Of a stretch of 64,000 nucleotides of DNA, positions 36,411 to 48,814 are shown piece after piece. The stretch is from Carcharhinus longimanus (Eukaryota). A program made the translations under genes and the position numbers. The stretch spans positions 112,953,528-113,017,527 of the forward strand of contig JASCQW010000001.1 of the NCBI GenBank assembly GCA_030264375.1. The letters run 5' to 3'. Each line of letters begins with the position of its first letter. Position 1 is the stretch's first letter. The notes under the pieces were generated by a model. It saw only the letters and a program-made list of their open reading frames with translations, searched no databases and was not told where the DNA came from.

Positions 36411-37916
36411 CTTTGCTTTCCTATGTTGAGTAAGGTCTCTTAATCTTGTAAAATTGTCTGTGATTGCTCTTACCTTTGCTTCATTTATGTCTCAATAAAC
36501 CTGATTCATTAGTAGTTGCATGAAATATATGGTGTTTTTGGATGGCGTAATCAGGACTGTATGGAAAAATCCCAATGCTATGTGTTGTGCATTCCTTGAC
36601 AATAAAAAAATGTTCAATTTACTCTGTGGCCTGATTTTCTTAATAAGTATGAGATTAAAGGAACGTTTTGTTCCCTAACATGGGATTGCCCAAGGAAAGT
36701 AGGCATTTATGCTGAGAGTCGAGTGGAATTTCTCTCAGAGGCTTTCCCATTCAGTCGATGTAACTTTGATGGCAACTTCAAATAATAGTAAAATTAACAA
36801 CAGCATTTTATTCAAGGAACACAGACATAGCCAGAAGACTAAGTTTGCAATATGACTGGCATCATATATAGGTTGGTCACCATGAATCATCTGTAAAAGT
36901 GAACCAAGAGGGAGAAGCTCTGAGGAAATTCCAGATGAAGGCAAAATACCAAAATCATAACTGATGCTTAGGAAATTATAGATAAGAATGTACTGCAGAT
37001 TTTCAGTGTGCCTTTATGAAAACACTGCTATTCATTATATAACTTCAGCAGTGGATGATTCATTACTTCTTCTCCCAGTCTTCTGCATTTGCAGTCAATC
37101 CTAATCCTAATCATGCCATTTCTTTTTAAGAAAGCCTGATGACACTATACATTTTAATACTTCATACAAAATCAGCTGTTTTCTACATTGAGCTGGCCAA
37201 TGGCCTTGGCCCTAGATGGAAAACATTTCCGGTTGTCCATGGAGGCTGCAGTATTTATACATGTTCCTCTTCAAACCACAAAAATACAGTTTTGCACTGC
37301 TTTTTGGTTAAACAGCTCAATGCAACAGATTTGGAGCATGCACAGTGTCTCCTAGTTGCACCTTACAATTGCAATCAATGCCCAACTAAAGGCCACATCC
37401 TAATAGCCAGAGAACCAGCATAAACAGGAACACAAGTTTCCCAAAAGATCATTTTCAGACTGTGCCCATTTTACTAAAGAACAACAACTGAAATTTTTCT
37501 AACGCCCGTTAAATGAAAAAGAACAACAAAAATAAAAATATACCTTTAAGTGTAATAGTATCATTGTGATTTTCACAACTTTCATCCAGCAGAAGAATGA
37601 AAGTCGTGGGTTGAAAATGGAAGTGCACTATTTATGCTCCGGATACATTCACTGTCATTTCAAGTTATGGGCATCTTCTTGTAATATGCCAATCATAATC
37701 CTACAGCCATTGTTTGAGATAGAGGTAGCAGAGTTTGCACCACTACGTTACATCCACGAGTTAAGTGGACCAAAACTTTTTTAAGTGCACCACAACAGAT
37801 CACTCCTGAAACAGTAAAGCCTTTGTTTCTTTAAGATCTATCTGGAGCCAAGAGGAGCAGGATGGCTAAATTAATTTGCACCTTCACTATTCAACTGCTG
37901 GGGAAGGAAAGATACA

Positions 37917-39010
37917 GGGTGGAATTCTTGCAAAATAATTCTAAGCGTCAAATTCATGTGAAAACTGGAGTAATTAACAGTTTTTGTCATGGGGAATTCA
38001 GAGAAGAATCTCCCACACTCTGTGCACTGCAGAGGCCACCAGCGTGAATATCATTACATTTCAAGGGTGGGGCCTATTCCGATTGGAGAGGCTAAAAACA
38101 TTGCGCTGAGCAGGCTACTGCACCCCAGATTGGTGCATGCGCAGTGGCCCTGCACTGACAGCCTCACCAATTGCTGGCCAGTTTGATCACTGTCCGACAA
38201 CCATTCCCAGGCCCAGCCCCAAACCCCCCCTCTCCCCACCACCCCACCCCACCCCACCCTACCACCGGACCTGCCATGATCNNNNNNNNNNNNNNNNNNN
38301 NNNNNNNNNNNNNNNNNNNNNNNNNNNNNNNNNNNNNNNNNNNNNNNNNNNNNNNNNNNNNNNNNNNNNNNNNNNNNNNNNCTGGATGGCTTCCCTCCCT
38401 CTGTCACCGATGCCAAAGCTGAGTAGCAGCATGACCCTCTCCCCCACTGACCTTCCCCTCATATGACCCTATCCCCATTAGGCTCTGTCCCTCAAGGCCC
38501 TGCCCCCTTGGCACCGCCCAATGCCTTGTGTGCAGTACCAAGGTGCTCCTTTGGGCATTACCACTTCGTCCCTTTTGCAGTGCCAGGGGGCCAGGCTGGC
38601 AATGCCCAGGGTGCACCCCCATTCTGACCTCCTCGGGGGTGTTGATGGGGGAGCTCAATGGCCCCCCCTTCAATCCAGTGGGGTCTGGCCACCAGCTCTC
38701 ACAAGTGGGAAGCTGTTGTAAACCCTGCTGGAGTGAAACATTCCTGGCAGGCGGGGAGAGGCTAGCAGACCCGGAGACTTCAGTCCCAGCCCTGCTTATC
38801 TCATTTAAATTATCTGGAAATGATTATTTAAATAATTTCTGTGTCTACCCAGCGACTTCCCAGCGCTGAGCTGATGCTGCCAGAAATCCGACGCAGGGAG
38901 ATGCTATTGCGGCGGGAACTCATGTGCAGATCCTGCACATGGCCCACCATGAGATTCTCCCAGCAGGCTGCACTAAAAAACTTGCACACTGGATGGGAGA
39001 ATCACCCCCC
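37917..39010 (+). mobile_element. ~1.1-kb GC-rich non-autonomous TIR element (possibly PIF/Harbinger-like), inserted in a CR1 fragment
   Basis: Ends AGGGTGGAATTCT / AGAATCACCCCCC, flanked by ATAC on both sides. Internal sequence is shared with 44623-45604. The CR1 3' end resumes at 39011-39445. Confidence 0.65.
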
Positions 39011-40247
39011 ATACTTTGACGGAGTGGAAAAAAGGTTAATCAGATTGGTTCCTGGAATAAAAAGAAAGGATTGAGTAGATGAGTTGGAGGATGAATTCCC
39101 CTACTCTAGAGTCTAGATCACAGGGTAACAGTCTCAGAAAAAAGGGGCTGGTTATTTCAGACTGAGATGAAGAGAAACCTCTTCATTTATAGGGTTGTAA
39201 ATTTTTGGAATTCTGTATCCTAAGGGCTTTGTAGGCTCAATTGTTGAGTGTATTCAATTCAGAAGAAAATAATACCAAGTGACATGGGGATGTGGTGGTG
39301 GCTGAAGAGTGGGGGTGGTGGGTAAACAGGCAGGAAGGGAGTAAAGTCAAGGTAGAAGGTCAACAATGCTCTAATTCAATGATTGAGCAGGCCTGAAGGT
39401 TAGAATAGTTAATCCTGCTCTTATTCTCTTACCTTCTTATGTGTTCTCATCACTGCTTTGGCCTTCCTTCTCCATCACTGATTGTAGTCTGGACCCTTTT
39501 CTCGCCACTTAACTTTAATGTCAAGACTGCTTACATTAGCTTCCCAGTCCCAGCCTCCTGCAGCACAAAATCCTGCTCCTTGGCATCGTTATCAGTATTG
39601 GGCAGGAGTACATTCTGGAAGATGGCGATGAGGCCTAGCAATTAAAATGACCCAGAACTCATACCAGTACAATCATGGGCACTACTGCCCACCTAGGTTT
39701 CCGCATGCTGGACTCACACCATAGTAAAAATTGGAATTAAGTATCAAGTCTACTCAACTCTCATATTACCCAGTGGGTGTTCAGTTATTTTAATGGTGTC
39801 AAAGAATGGAGTTGATTTAATGTTCCAGGGTAACTGGCTTCTGTTTGCTCATATTAATAAGAACACAATTAAAAAATAAATATTTCAGACACTACACAGA
39901 TTGTTTCACTTTAAAGATTTAAATTTAAAAGATATGTGATGCCAAGTATATAATCATTACAGAAATCAAAGTGTGATACTTTCCAACAGATTTAGCTTCA
40001 AGGATTGCAAGCAAATTTAAGGAATAGGGTCAAAGATATCACATTTATCATCTAGAAGCAGAGAAAATGGATGTTGCAATCTGACAAGTTTTTTACACAT
40101 GAAGAATACCCAAGGAAATAATAACTTGCTTGAGGTTAGATATTATCCCCTTGTCAAGAAAATGGAGACCAGTGTCTTTGAGGCACTAACTGCGCCATGG
40201 ACTTTGAGAATAGAAAGAGTTTGCTGACATCCATGGACAGGGACACT

Positions 40248-40463
40248 GTAAGAAGTCTCACAACACAGGTTAAAATCCAACAAGTTTATTTGGTAGAAAA
40301 GCCACGAGCTTTCGGGCCTCTGACCCTTCGACAGGTGAGTGACGAACAGTAAGAGGCCTGAAAGCTAGCGGCTTTTGCTACCAAATAAACCTGTTGGACT
40401 TTAACTTGATGTTGTGAGACTTCTCACTATGTTTACCCCAGTCCAATGCCGACATCTCCACAT
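40248..40463 (+). mobile_element. Penelope-derived fold-back mini-element (family 1) with ~11-bp TSD
   Basis: Inverted arms plus tail CCCCAGTCCAATGCCGACATCTCCACAT. CAGGGACACTG at 40238-40248 vs CAGGGACTCTG at 40464-40474. Confidence 0.88.
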
Positions 40464-40960
40464 CAGGGACTCTGCAGCCAGGAGATGTGAATTGGGACAG
40501 CTGCAAAGATCACATGGCAGATTTGCTGTAATCCTTTCCTCCTATTGCTACTTGTAAAAGAAAGACTGTAGTGAACCAGTTTTCTCAGCACTGTTTATTA
40601 TCATCAATTTTCAGCACAACACAGTTTCTATTCTGAAACACTTGCTGATTACAAGTGCAACTTAGTACTGACGTCACTGGAAAGACTACATATCTATCAA
40701 TAAGTGAAGTGCAAAAAAAATTGGCTATATCCTCATGATCATAAGATAATACGAAATAGGAACAGGAACACTATGTAACCCCTCGAGTTTGCTCTGCCAT
40801 TCAATAAGGTTCAACTGCCAGGACATCTGGATCCCTCTGTAGAGCAGATTTCTGCAGTTTCCATTAAAGATTTTTTTCTATTCTTCAGAATATACAAATA
40901 TTTCAAACCTCATGATATAAGAACAAAAAACCCTGGAAGTGTTCAGCAGGCCAGACCTTA

Positions 40961-41095
40961 GGCCAGATTCTCCAATCTCACCCACAACTGGATCCTCCAG
41001 CCCTGGTGTACAGTCAACGGGATTTGGCTGAGCGCCAAATTCTCCGTTCTTGTTGGCAGCGATGGTGAGGCATGAACAGCTGGAGAATTCCGGAC
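40961..41095. mobile_element. ~135-bp MITE nested in a Penelope family-2 fold-back (40920-41245)
   Basis: TIRs GGCCAGATTCTCCA / TGGAGAATTCCGGAC. Flanks are the family-2 motif CTGGAAGTGTTCAGCAGG..AGAGTTAAC and its inverse GTTAACTCT..CAGATGCTGCTGATCTGTTGAG. Confidence 0.65.
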
Positions 41096-41369
41096 AATAT
41101 CTATAGGCAGAAAGATAGAGTTAACACCATCAATCTGAAATGTTAACTCTGATTTTCCACAGATGCTGCTGATCTGTTGAGCATTTGCTGTATTTTAGCT
41201 TTTATTAATTTTGGAGTTCCAACATCCTGAGCAATTTCTTTTGCTCATTTATATGCTAGATTCGCTCACTCTGTATTTGAGTTACTGCTGCTGCCAAGTG
41301 CACTAAATAGATTTAGACATTTTGAACATTTTCTATACTTCTATTAACTAGACTAGATTTAGGGTCACG

Positions 41370-42590
41370 CTTGTGCCATTTTGTCAATGTAGGATCTGAC
41401 AAACATGGTAGAAGACTGGTCCTGATCTCCGTGATAAAGCCATTCATTCTGGTCTGTGCACCAAACTTCATGCTCTAGTTGCCCACTCCATACACCTCCC
41501 TGGCAGCAGTTCAGGCTAAACCAGTCTGTTCACAAAAATAAGCAAAATACTGGAGATGCTGGAATCTGAAACAAGAAGAGGATGCTAGAGAAACTCAGCA
41601 GGTCTGCCAACATCTATCAGGAGAAAAACAGAGTTAAAGTTATGAATCCATAGACTCTTTGTCAGGACTCTGTTCACAATTCTGGTGTAACATTTGACTC
41701 CGACATGAGCTTCCAACCATATATTCACACCATCACTATGACTACCTAATCTTACCTACATAATATCTTGCCCAATATTTTGTTGATCTGTTGCTGAAAT
41801 CTCTGGACTCAGCCATTCCAACGTACTCCTGACATTGTGGTCTCTCACATTGTACCTTCCATTATTATTGGGCGGCATGATGATAAAGTGATTAGCACTG
41901 CTGCCTCACAATGGCAAGGACCTGGGTTCAATTCCACCCTTGGGTCACTGTTTGTGTGGAGCTTGCACGTTCTTGCTGTGTCTACATTGGTTTCCTCCAG
42001 GTGCTCTAGTTTCCTTCCACAGTCCAAAGACGTGCAGGTTAGATTGACGGCTATGTTGAATTGCCCATTAGTGTCGGGGGACTATCAGAGTAAATACTTG
42101 GGGTTAAGGGGATAGAGCTTGGGTGGGATTGTTGTCAGTACAGGCTCAATGGACTGAATGGCCTCCTTCGGCACTGTAGGGATTGTATGATTCTATCTTC
42201 AGAGCATCCAAAAGTCTGGCCATGCCCTAACCTNNNNNNNNNNNCCTGTTCAGCTTTCACCCTGGCGCTTGCTGAATTACACTGGTTCCCAATCAAGCAC
42301 CATCTCGATTTTCAAATTCTCACCCTGGTTTTCAAATCTCTCCATGGCTTTGCTAATACCCATCACTTCAATCTTCTGGATGCACAATAACCGAGAAAAA
42401 TCAGCGCTCCTCTAATATGCGCTTGTGAACATCCTGATTTTAACTGTTGTACGATTGATATCCGTGCCTTTAGCTGCTTGGGCCTTAAACTCTGGAATTC
42501 TCTCTCTAAACTGATTTGCCTCTCTATTTTGCTTTCCTTCTTTAAGACAATCCTTAAAACCTACCTCTTTGATTAACTGACCTAACATAC
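41370..42590 (+). mobile_element. Decayed L2 LINE 3' portion with a nested PLE fragment (41535-41670) and a nested SINE
   Basis: LAELHWFPIKHHLDFQILTLVFKSLHG (ORF 42187-42390), the typical L2 ORF2 C-terminal motif; then CTCTGGAATTCTCTC..CTTAAAACCTACCTCTTT. Confidence 0.75.
41871..42195 (+). mobile_element. HE1-like V-SINE, tail type A
   Basis: GGCGGCATGATG..TTAGCACTGCTGCCTCAC head; GAATGGCCTCCTTCGGCACTGTAGGGATTGTATGATTCT tail. Confidence 0.88.
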
Positions 42591-42729
42591 AAACTGCTAA
42601 TTTGTTTTTTTGTGGGTTAATAAATCTGAAGTTCTTGCAACTTGAATTAATGTAAAGAAAAAAATTACCTTTCTTCTAGGTTCTTCATTCTTCAAGAAAG
42701 CCTCCCCATATTGTAGGATCATTATATAC

Positions 42730-43790
42730 ATAGAACATATGGCACAGGAATCAGGTCATTTGGCCCAATCAGTTAATGCTGGTGTTCGTGGTCCACTCAA
42801 ACGTCCTCCCAATTTTCCTTATCTAATTCTACCATTGTCTCCTCTGCTTCTCCCTCACGATTGTCTAGCTTCACTTCACGATCCACTTCAACCACTCTCT
42901 CTGATTGCGCATTGATCACCCTTGGGGGTAAAGAAGTTTCTTTGGAATTCTCTGAGATTTCTTCGTTCACTATCTTGCTTTGATGGCGGCATAGTCATGC
43001 TCTTCTTCAGAAAAGGAAATGGTCTCTCTCTAATCAGAGCCTTTCATAATTTAAAATTACCCCCATTAGGTTACCCCTCAAACCCTTTCTTCAAAAAGAG
43101 AGCCAGTCTCGCAATCAGTTCCTGATATGACTCCCCACATATTTCTAACATCATCCTTGCAAATCTTCTCTGCGCCTCAACAAGATTAAGCATAATTTTC
43201 CAACTTTCCTATTAACCCTTGGGAAAGAAATTCCTGTTTGTTTTTTTATGGCCTTGCTAACCTGTGACGCAACTTTTAGTAATCGGTGTACTCATACTCC
43301 AAAATCCTTTTGTTCCTCTACCTAACTTTGATGTGCATCTTCCAAGTAACAAGTGACCTACTGAGTCTTGTTACAAAAATGTAATCCATAGCATTTACCT
43401 GTGATGCACTCAATTTGCCAATTATTTTCCCATTCCGTAAACTTATTTTATGTCCTCCTGTTATTTGTTACAGTCGTCCTCAGTTTTGACTGTCCTCGCC
43501 AACTTGGTGTCATCCACAAATTTAGATATTGTTATTTGGATTCCAAGGTCAAAATCATTGGTATAAATTGTGAACAGCCGTGGCCCCAGCACTGATCCCT
43601 ATTGAATGCCACTTCCCACTCTGAATATCTACCCTTTACACCCTCTGCTTCCTAGCTTGAAGCCTGCCAGCAGTCTACTGTGCCATTTGTCCCCTGACTC
43701 CACATTCTCTGACCTTATGCCTGAATCTATTATGGGGCATTTTATTGAAGCTTTTTTCAAAATCCAGATACATTATAGCCAAACATAGTG
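42730..43790 (-). mobile_element. Decayed CR1 LINE (RT to 3' end)
   Basis: Minus strand GGATCAGTGCTGGGGCCAC (GSVLGP) and GATGACACCAAGTTG (DDTKL). CR1 3'-UTR signature at ~42730-42780. Confidence 0.8.
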
Positions 43791-43947
43791 TTGACAAAAC
43801 TGTGTACTGAGCATGCAGTCAAATATTCCAGAACATTGCAGGTAGGTAATCTCTACTCCACCATTACATAAAGCAGGTCCATACAATTGGGCCAGTCAAT
43901 TTTGACTTGAAATTAAAGAACTAAACACTAACCTCTCTCAAACAAAG

Positions 43948-44203
43948 AGAGCTCCCAGCCACCTGATGAAGGGACAGGCTGTCCCGAAAGCTTGCGGCTT
44001 TTGCTACAAATAAACCTGTTTGGACTTTNNNNNNNNNNNNNNNNNNNNNNNNNNNNNNNNNNNNNNNNNNNNNNNNNNNNNNNNNNNNNNNNNNNNNNNN
44101 NNNNNNNNNNNNNNNNNNNNNNNNNNNNCTGTTTGGACTTTAAACTGGTGTTGTGGGATTTCTTTCTGTTTTACCCCAGTCCAACGCCGGCATCTCCACA
44201 TCA
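43948..44203 (+). mobile_element. Penelope-derived mini-element (family 1) with 8-bp TSD
   Basis: Direct arm plus tail ...CCCCAGTCCAACGCCGGCATCTCCACATCA. AAACAAAG at 43940-43947 and 44204-44211. The empty site is visible in the inverted duplicate at ~50322-50335. Confidence 0.88.
43958..43998 (+). ncRNA. Minimal type-I hammerhead ribozyme motif (PLE-type)
   Basis: GCCAC-CUGAUGA-A-GGGACA-GGC-UGUCCC-GAAA-GC-UU-GCGGC. Core intact, perfect 6-bp stem II, stem I with one mismatch. Confidence 0.68.
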
Positions 44204-44319
44204 AAACAAAGTCTTGCCAGACATGTCAATCAGATGGTGTGATTATAGTGCATATTTTAAAAGCAATAAGAAGATCCTAACAGGAAATCATTCTCATCCT
44301 TCGCACATCGTAATGACAC

Positions 44320-46215
44320 AGGAGTGCAGGAACTGGAATAGGTCATTTATGATCTTGAGCCTGTTTTGCCATTCCATGAGATCGTGGTTGACCTGTGACC
44401 TAATTCCTCTTTCCATCTTTGCCTGTATCCCTTAATGTTTTTGGATAACAAATGTTTTTCATTCTCAGACTGATCTAGCATCAATTGCCATTTGTGGAAG
44501 AGAGTTCCAAATTTCCACCACCCTGTGTGCGTAGGAGTGTTTCCTAATTTCACTCCCAAAAGGTAGAGCCCTAATTTTTAGACCATGCCTCCTATGTCTT
44601 AACACCGAAGCCAACAGAAAGTGGCCGTGATTCTCCCAAATGCACTGAATTGGCAGGAAAGCTGTTTTAGATCCCGACAGTTTTGTCAGTTCAACTTCTC
44701 CCTCGAATCTCCCCATTCTGTGCACTGCAAAGGTCCCAGATGTGAATCTTATTAAAAACGCAGGGGTGCGCAATGGTCCTGTCTGTCAGACTCCCCATTT
44801 GCTGGTCATGTTATTCGATGGCCAGCCCAGAACCCTCACAATGCTGCCCCTCCCACCTCCCCACAGCCTGATTGCAGCCCCCATAACAACAGCCCACCCA
44901 GTCCCCAGCAGTGGCAGTCCCCCTCACCCAGCAGACCCCTTGCCCCTGCTGAACCCCACCACCACCCCCCCTCTCCCCACTCCGCGACAGACTCTGGCCC
45001 AGCCTGTCTCAATCGCTGCCCTCCCTCTATCCTAGAGTGATCCCTATGCAGACCCAGCCACCCCCACCAATTGCTCCTAGGCCCTGCCCACAAAAGGCCC
45101 CATCCCCTTGGCACTGCTTGATGCTCAATGGGCAGTGTCAAGGTGCCCCTTGGGCATGGGCACTTTGCTCCTTGGACAATGCTAGGGGTCACAGCTGGCA
45201 CTGCCAGGGTGCTCATGTCCAAGGGGCACCATCCCCTACCGCCGACCCCCTGCAGTGCCCCCGATTGCCCCCACCTTCATTCTGGCAGGTTCTCCCGCTA
45301 CTTCCCTGAATGTGGGAAGTTACTCTAAATCCCACCAGAATGAAGTACTCCTGGCAAGGTGGGAGATCAATCAGAACCAGTAAGTTCCTGATCATTACCT
45401 TTAAAAGACATTTAAAACGGATTCAAATTACTTACCTGTTTTCCCACCAATTTCTAGAGTGGTCTGACCGGTGACTGTTTGCTGGCTCTGGGAGATGCGC
45501 ATGAGTTCCTGGCGCATGCACAAATCCTGCAACAAGGCCGGTGACGCATATCTTCCACCCTAACCCACCAAAATGTTGTGGGTCGGGATGAGATAATTGC
45601 AGCCAGTTTCTCTGAGTCTACCCTTTCTGGTCCCTCAATAGTATTTTTAAAAGTTTGATCTAATCACCTCCGAATCTTTTTAAATTCAAAGGAATATAAC
45701 CCTAGTTCGTTTAACCTCTCTTCGTAGATTAACCCGCAAAGTCCAGGAATCATTCTGGTAAATTTAAACTGCACCCCCTATGAGACCAATATATCCTACC
45801 CAAGGTGTGATGTCCAGAACTGCTTGAACACTCCAGACATGGTCTAACAAGAGCCTTGTATAACTGGAGCATGACTTCTACCCCCAACCCCTCACTCCCA
45901 ACTTCATTTCTACTCCTTTAGACATTAAAGGCCAGTATTCTATTAACTTTGCTGATTATTTTCTGTACCTATTTACATAATTGTATTGACCTGTTTTACC
46001 TGGATACCACCCCAACCCACACCTACTCCACAAGTCTCTTTGGACTTCCATTATTTCAATCTGTTCACTGTTTGGAAAGTACCCTGTTCTATCCACATCC
46101 TGTCCAAGGAATAAGATTCTTAGTCGCCCTCACTGGAATCCATTTGCCAGGGATTTGCTATCCACTTAATCTATCAATGGTTCTTTACAATCTTACGCCT
46201 CTGTCTGCACCACTT
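44320..46215 (-). mobile_element. Decayed CR1 LINE 3' portion, interrupted by a TIR element
   Basis: RHGLKIRALPFGSEIRKHSYAHRVVEIWNSLPQMAIDA (ORF 44465-44773) is the CR1 ORF2 C-terminus. The element continues at 45605-46215. Confidence 0.82.
44623..45604 (+). mobile_element. ~1-kb GC-rich non-autonomous TIR element (same family as 37917-39010)
   Basis: Ends GGCCGTGATTCTCCC / GAGATAATTGCAGCC, with AGT on both flanks. Absent from the duplicated arm at ~49890. Confidence 0.72.
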
Positions 46216-46921
46216 ACAATGCAGCTTTTCTTTATGAGATACCAGAGTGGGAGTGTTCCTCTGAAAGTCTTGTGCACAGCAGCTAAATCTGGAGGTTTGT
46301 CTCAGAAGATGCAGAAAGCAGAGGAGGCAATAAACTCTCCACTCAGTTATCTGAAGGTTAGTCACCATTTTGCCTCTTAGCCTTATTCCATAGATGACAA
46401 ATAACTGAAAGATAATGCGGACAATTGCAAATAACAGAAATGCCAGCATCTAAAAGGAGAAAAGATAGTTTAACATTTCAATTTCATAGCCTCCATCAGA
46501 ATCCAAAACAGGACGAAAAATGAGACCAAACAACATGGTGAGGGGGTTGGGGCGGGTAGAAAAGATAGAATTCCAGTGTCAGGTGTATAAACTCCTACCA
46601 CAAATAGGCACCCAATAATTTCACAGTCTACAGATAGAACAACTGTTAAGACTACTTGGATTTCTACCAGCATCAACGTAGTGGAAATTACATTTCAGTT
46701 ATGATGTACATGGTAACAGACAGAAATTAGAGAACAACTGTTTTTGACACAAGGGATGCTTGTTCATTTTTGGCATCCAGCACTGGTAGTGAATGGTTCA
46801 AGAAATATTTCAAATGTAAAGAACTGAAAGCCTCCACAACCAAGCACAGGGTATTTGGCTGCATAAGTGTGGGTGAAAATCATTTAAAATTTTAATTTAA
46901 ATTAAAGTTTATTTGTTAGTC

Positions 46922-47170
46922 TTAGAACGGAGTTGAGGAGGAACTTCTTCACTCAAAGGGTGGTGAATCTATGGAATTCTCTGCCCGTTGAAGTGGTGNN
47001 NNNNNNNNNNNNNNNNNNNNNNNNNNNNNNNNNNNNNNNNNNNNNNNNNNNNNNNNNNNNNNNNNNNNNNNNNNNNNNNNNNNNNNNNNNNNNNNNNNTG
47101 AATGGCGGGGCAGGCTCGAAGGGCCAGATGGCCTACTCCTGCTCCTATTTCTTATGTTCTTATGTTCTTA
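46922..47170 (+). mobile_element. CR1 LINE 3' fragment
   Basis: RRNFFTQRVVNLWNSLP..., then GGCAGGCTCGAAGGGCCAGATGGCCTACTCCTGCTCCTATTTCTTATGTTCTTATGTTCTT. Confidence 0.88.
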
Positions 47171-47325
47171 AATAGGCTTACATTAATGCTGCAATGAAGT
47201 TACTGTGAAAATCCCCTATTTGCCATTCTCCAGCACCTGTTCAGGTACACTGAGGGGGAATTTAGCATGGCCAATGCACCTAACCAGCATGTCTTTTGGA
47301 CTGTGGGAGGAAACTGGATCACCAT

Positions 47326-47653
47326 CGGCACGGTGACATAGTGATTAGCACTGCTGCCTCACAGCGCCAGGGACCTGGGTTCGATTCCCCGCTTGAGTCA
47401 TTGTCTGTGTGTAATTTGCATGTTCTCCCTGCGTCTGCGTGGGTTTCTTCCGGGTGCTCCGGTTTTCTCCCACACTCCAAAGATGTGCAGGTTAGGTTGA
47501 TTGGCCATGCTTAATTGTCACTTAATGTCAGGGGGACTGACAGGGTAAATACATGGGGTCATGGGGATAGGGCCGGGAAGGATTGTGGGCATTGACTATT
47601 TGATGGGCCAAATGGCCTCTTTCTGCACTGTAGGGATTCCATGGTTCTATGGT
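47326..47653 (+). mobile_element. HE1-like V-SINE, tail type A
   Basis: Well-preserved head CGGCACGGTGACATAGTGATTAGCACTGCTGCCTCACAGCGCCAGGGACCTGGGTTCGATTCC; TCACC on both flanks. Confidence 0.9.
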
Positions 47654-48814
47654 TCACCCAGAGGGGAACCCCACGTAGACACAGGGAGAAAGTGCAGACT
47701 CCACACAGACAGTGACCCAAGCTAGGAATTGAACCTGGGTCCCGACACTGCAACGCAGCAGTGCTAAGCACTATGTCACCATGCACAAAAAAGAGCATTC
47801 GAGAACCGGCTGACCATTCAAAACCATGGCAGGCTTGTTTCAGGTGGACTCTCCAAGGTCAAGGAGCTCACTAAAATTATTCAAATTGTCCCAACATCAG
47901 AAAATATTCCAGGTCAGTGACATCTGAGCAGGAGACCACATGTAACGTTATCTATTTGCAGTGGCACAGGAACTTTTCAAGAATGTGCTCAGCAGATAGT
48001 TTTGTCAGAGTTTATCATGATAGACCGCGCTCCTACATTATGTAAAGGGTGCTCAATGAACAAGAAAGGCAATTTGGGGTTGAGCAACAGCTGTCTGTCC
48101 AACACGATATTACAAGGTCATGTGTGTACTGGAGAATTGCCTTGGGTGAAAACACGGCAACAAAGTAGAGCATGGGGCAAAAAGTGAATAATTGAACATC
48201 GCAAAGCTTGCAGATCAGATTTCTGGAAAAATCACTGAAGTTGCAGAAAAATTAAATGCTTTACGATCCAAATCTGTGGGGCTAATTTTTAATAGCTTGT
48301 GCAATGCCAGCAGGCATCATTCTTCCAGGTCATATGAATCAACGTGGAGCCTGTAGTATTTTTGTGGTTGGGCTTACTTATATTAAATTCACCTAGTTAC
48401 CAAAGGGAAAACACGGCCTCAGAAGACAGCCAATTGATCTGGGGAGAGGGAAATCCAGCAGAATGAATGATTATGAAGGTACTGCAGAAGTTCCTTGATG
48501 GGAAGTGATGAAATAGAATATTACTGGCAGCACCAGTTCTGAGCAGCTGCCAAACCTTTGGCAGCACTACAGCAATAAAGGCATTAATCAAGGAAGTCTT
48601 TAAAATCCATGTGGCAGTAATGTGAGAAAGTAAAACATTTCTGCACAGATTTTCCTTAGTGCATCCCAAGGTCCTTTTAATTGTACTCCAAATGGCCTCC
48701 TCCTGACTGCTACTTTTCCTGCTTGGTGCTCAAGATCAGCAACTGACAATACATCAGTGGTCAGAGATCCAAAAAGCACTAGAGATGATAACTATGTAAT
48801 CTGATCAAAACAAT

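Larger units (their letters stand above)
46904..47785 (-). mobile_element. HE1-like V-SINE (tail B), interrupted by a CR1 3' fragment and a second SINE
   Basis: Pieces 46904-46921, 47171-47323 and 47654-47785 join into one minus-strand SINE. Confidence 0.8.

Noticed and set aside
40301-40340. Family-1 hammerhead copy on minus
   Set aside because: The core reads CUGUCGA (A6 mutated), so it is not listed as a functional motif. Used only as stem-II covariation evidence.
41630-41670. Hammerhead-like remnants in family-2 Penelope ends (also ~13700 and ~41130)
   Set aside because: Core nucleotides (CUGANGA and GAAA) are mutated or deleted, so they cannot be called ribozymes.
44016-44161. Apparent direct repeat CTGTTTGGACTTT on both sides of an N gap, suggesting a tandem PLE dimer
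   Set aside because: Probably an assembly overlap across the gap; cannot be verified from this sequence.
46246-46356. + strand exon-like segment (SGSVPLKVLCTAAKSGG..YLK|GTTAGT)
   Set aside because: Sits between TE fragments, has no recognisable homology and has no partner exons.
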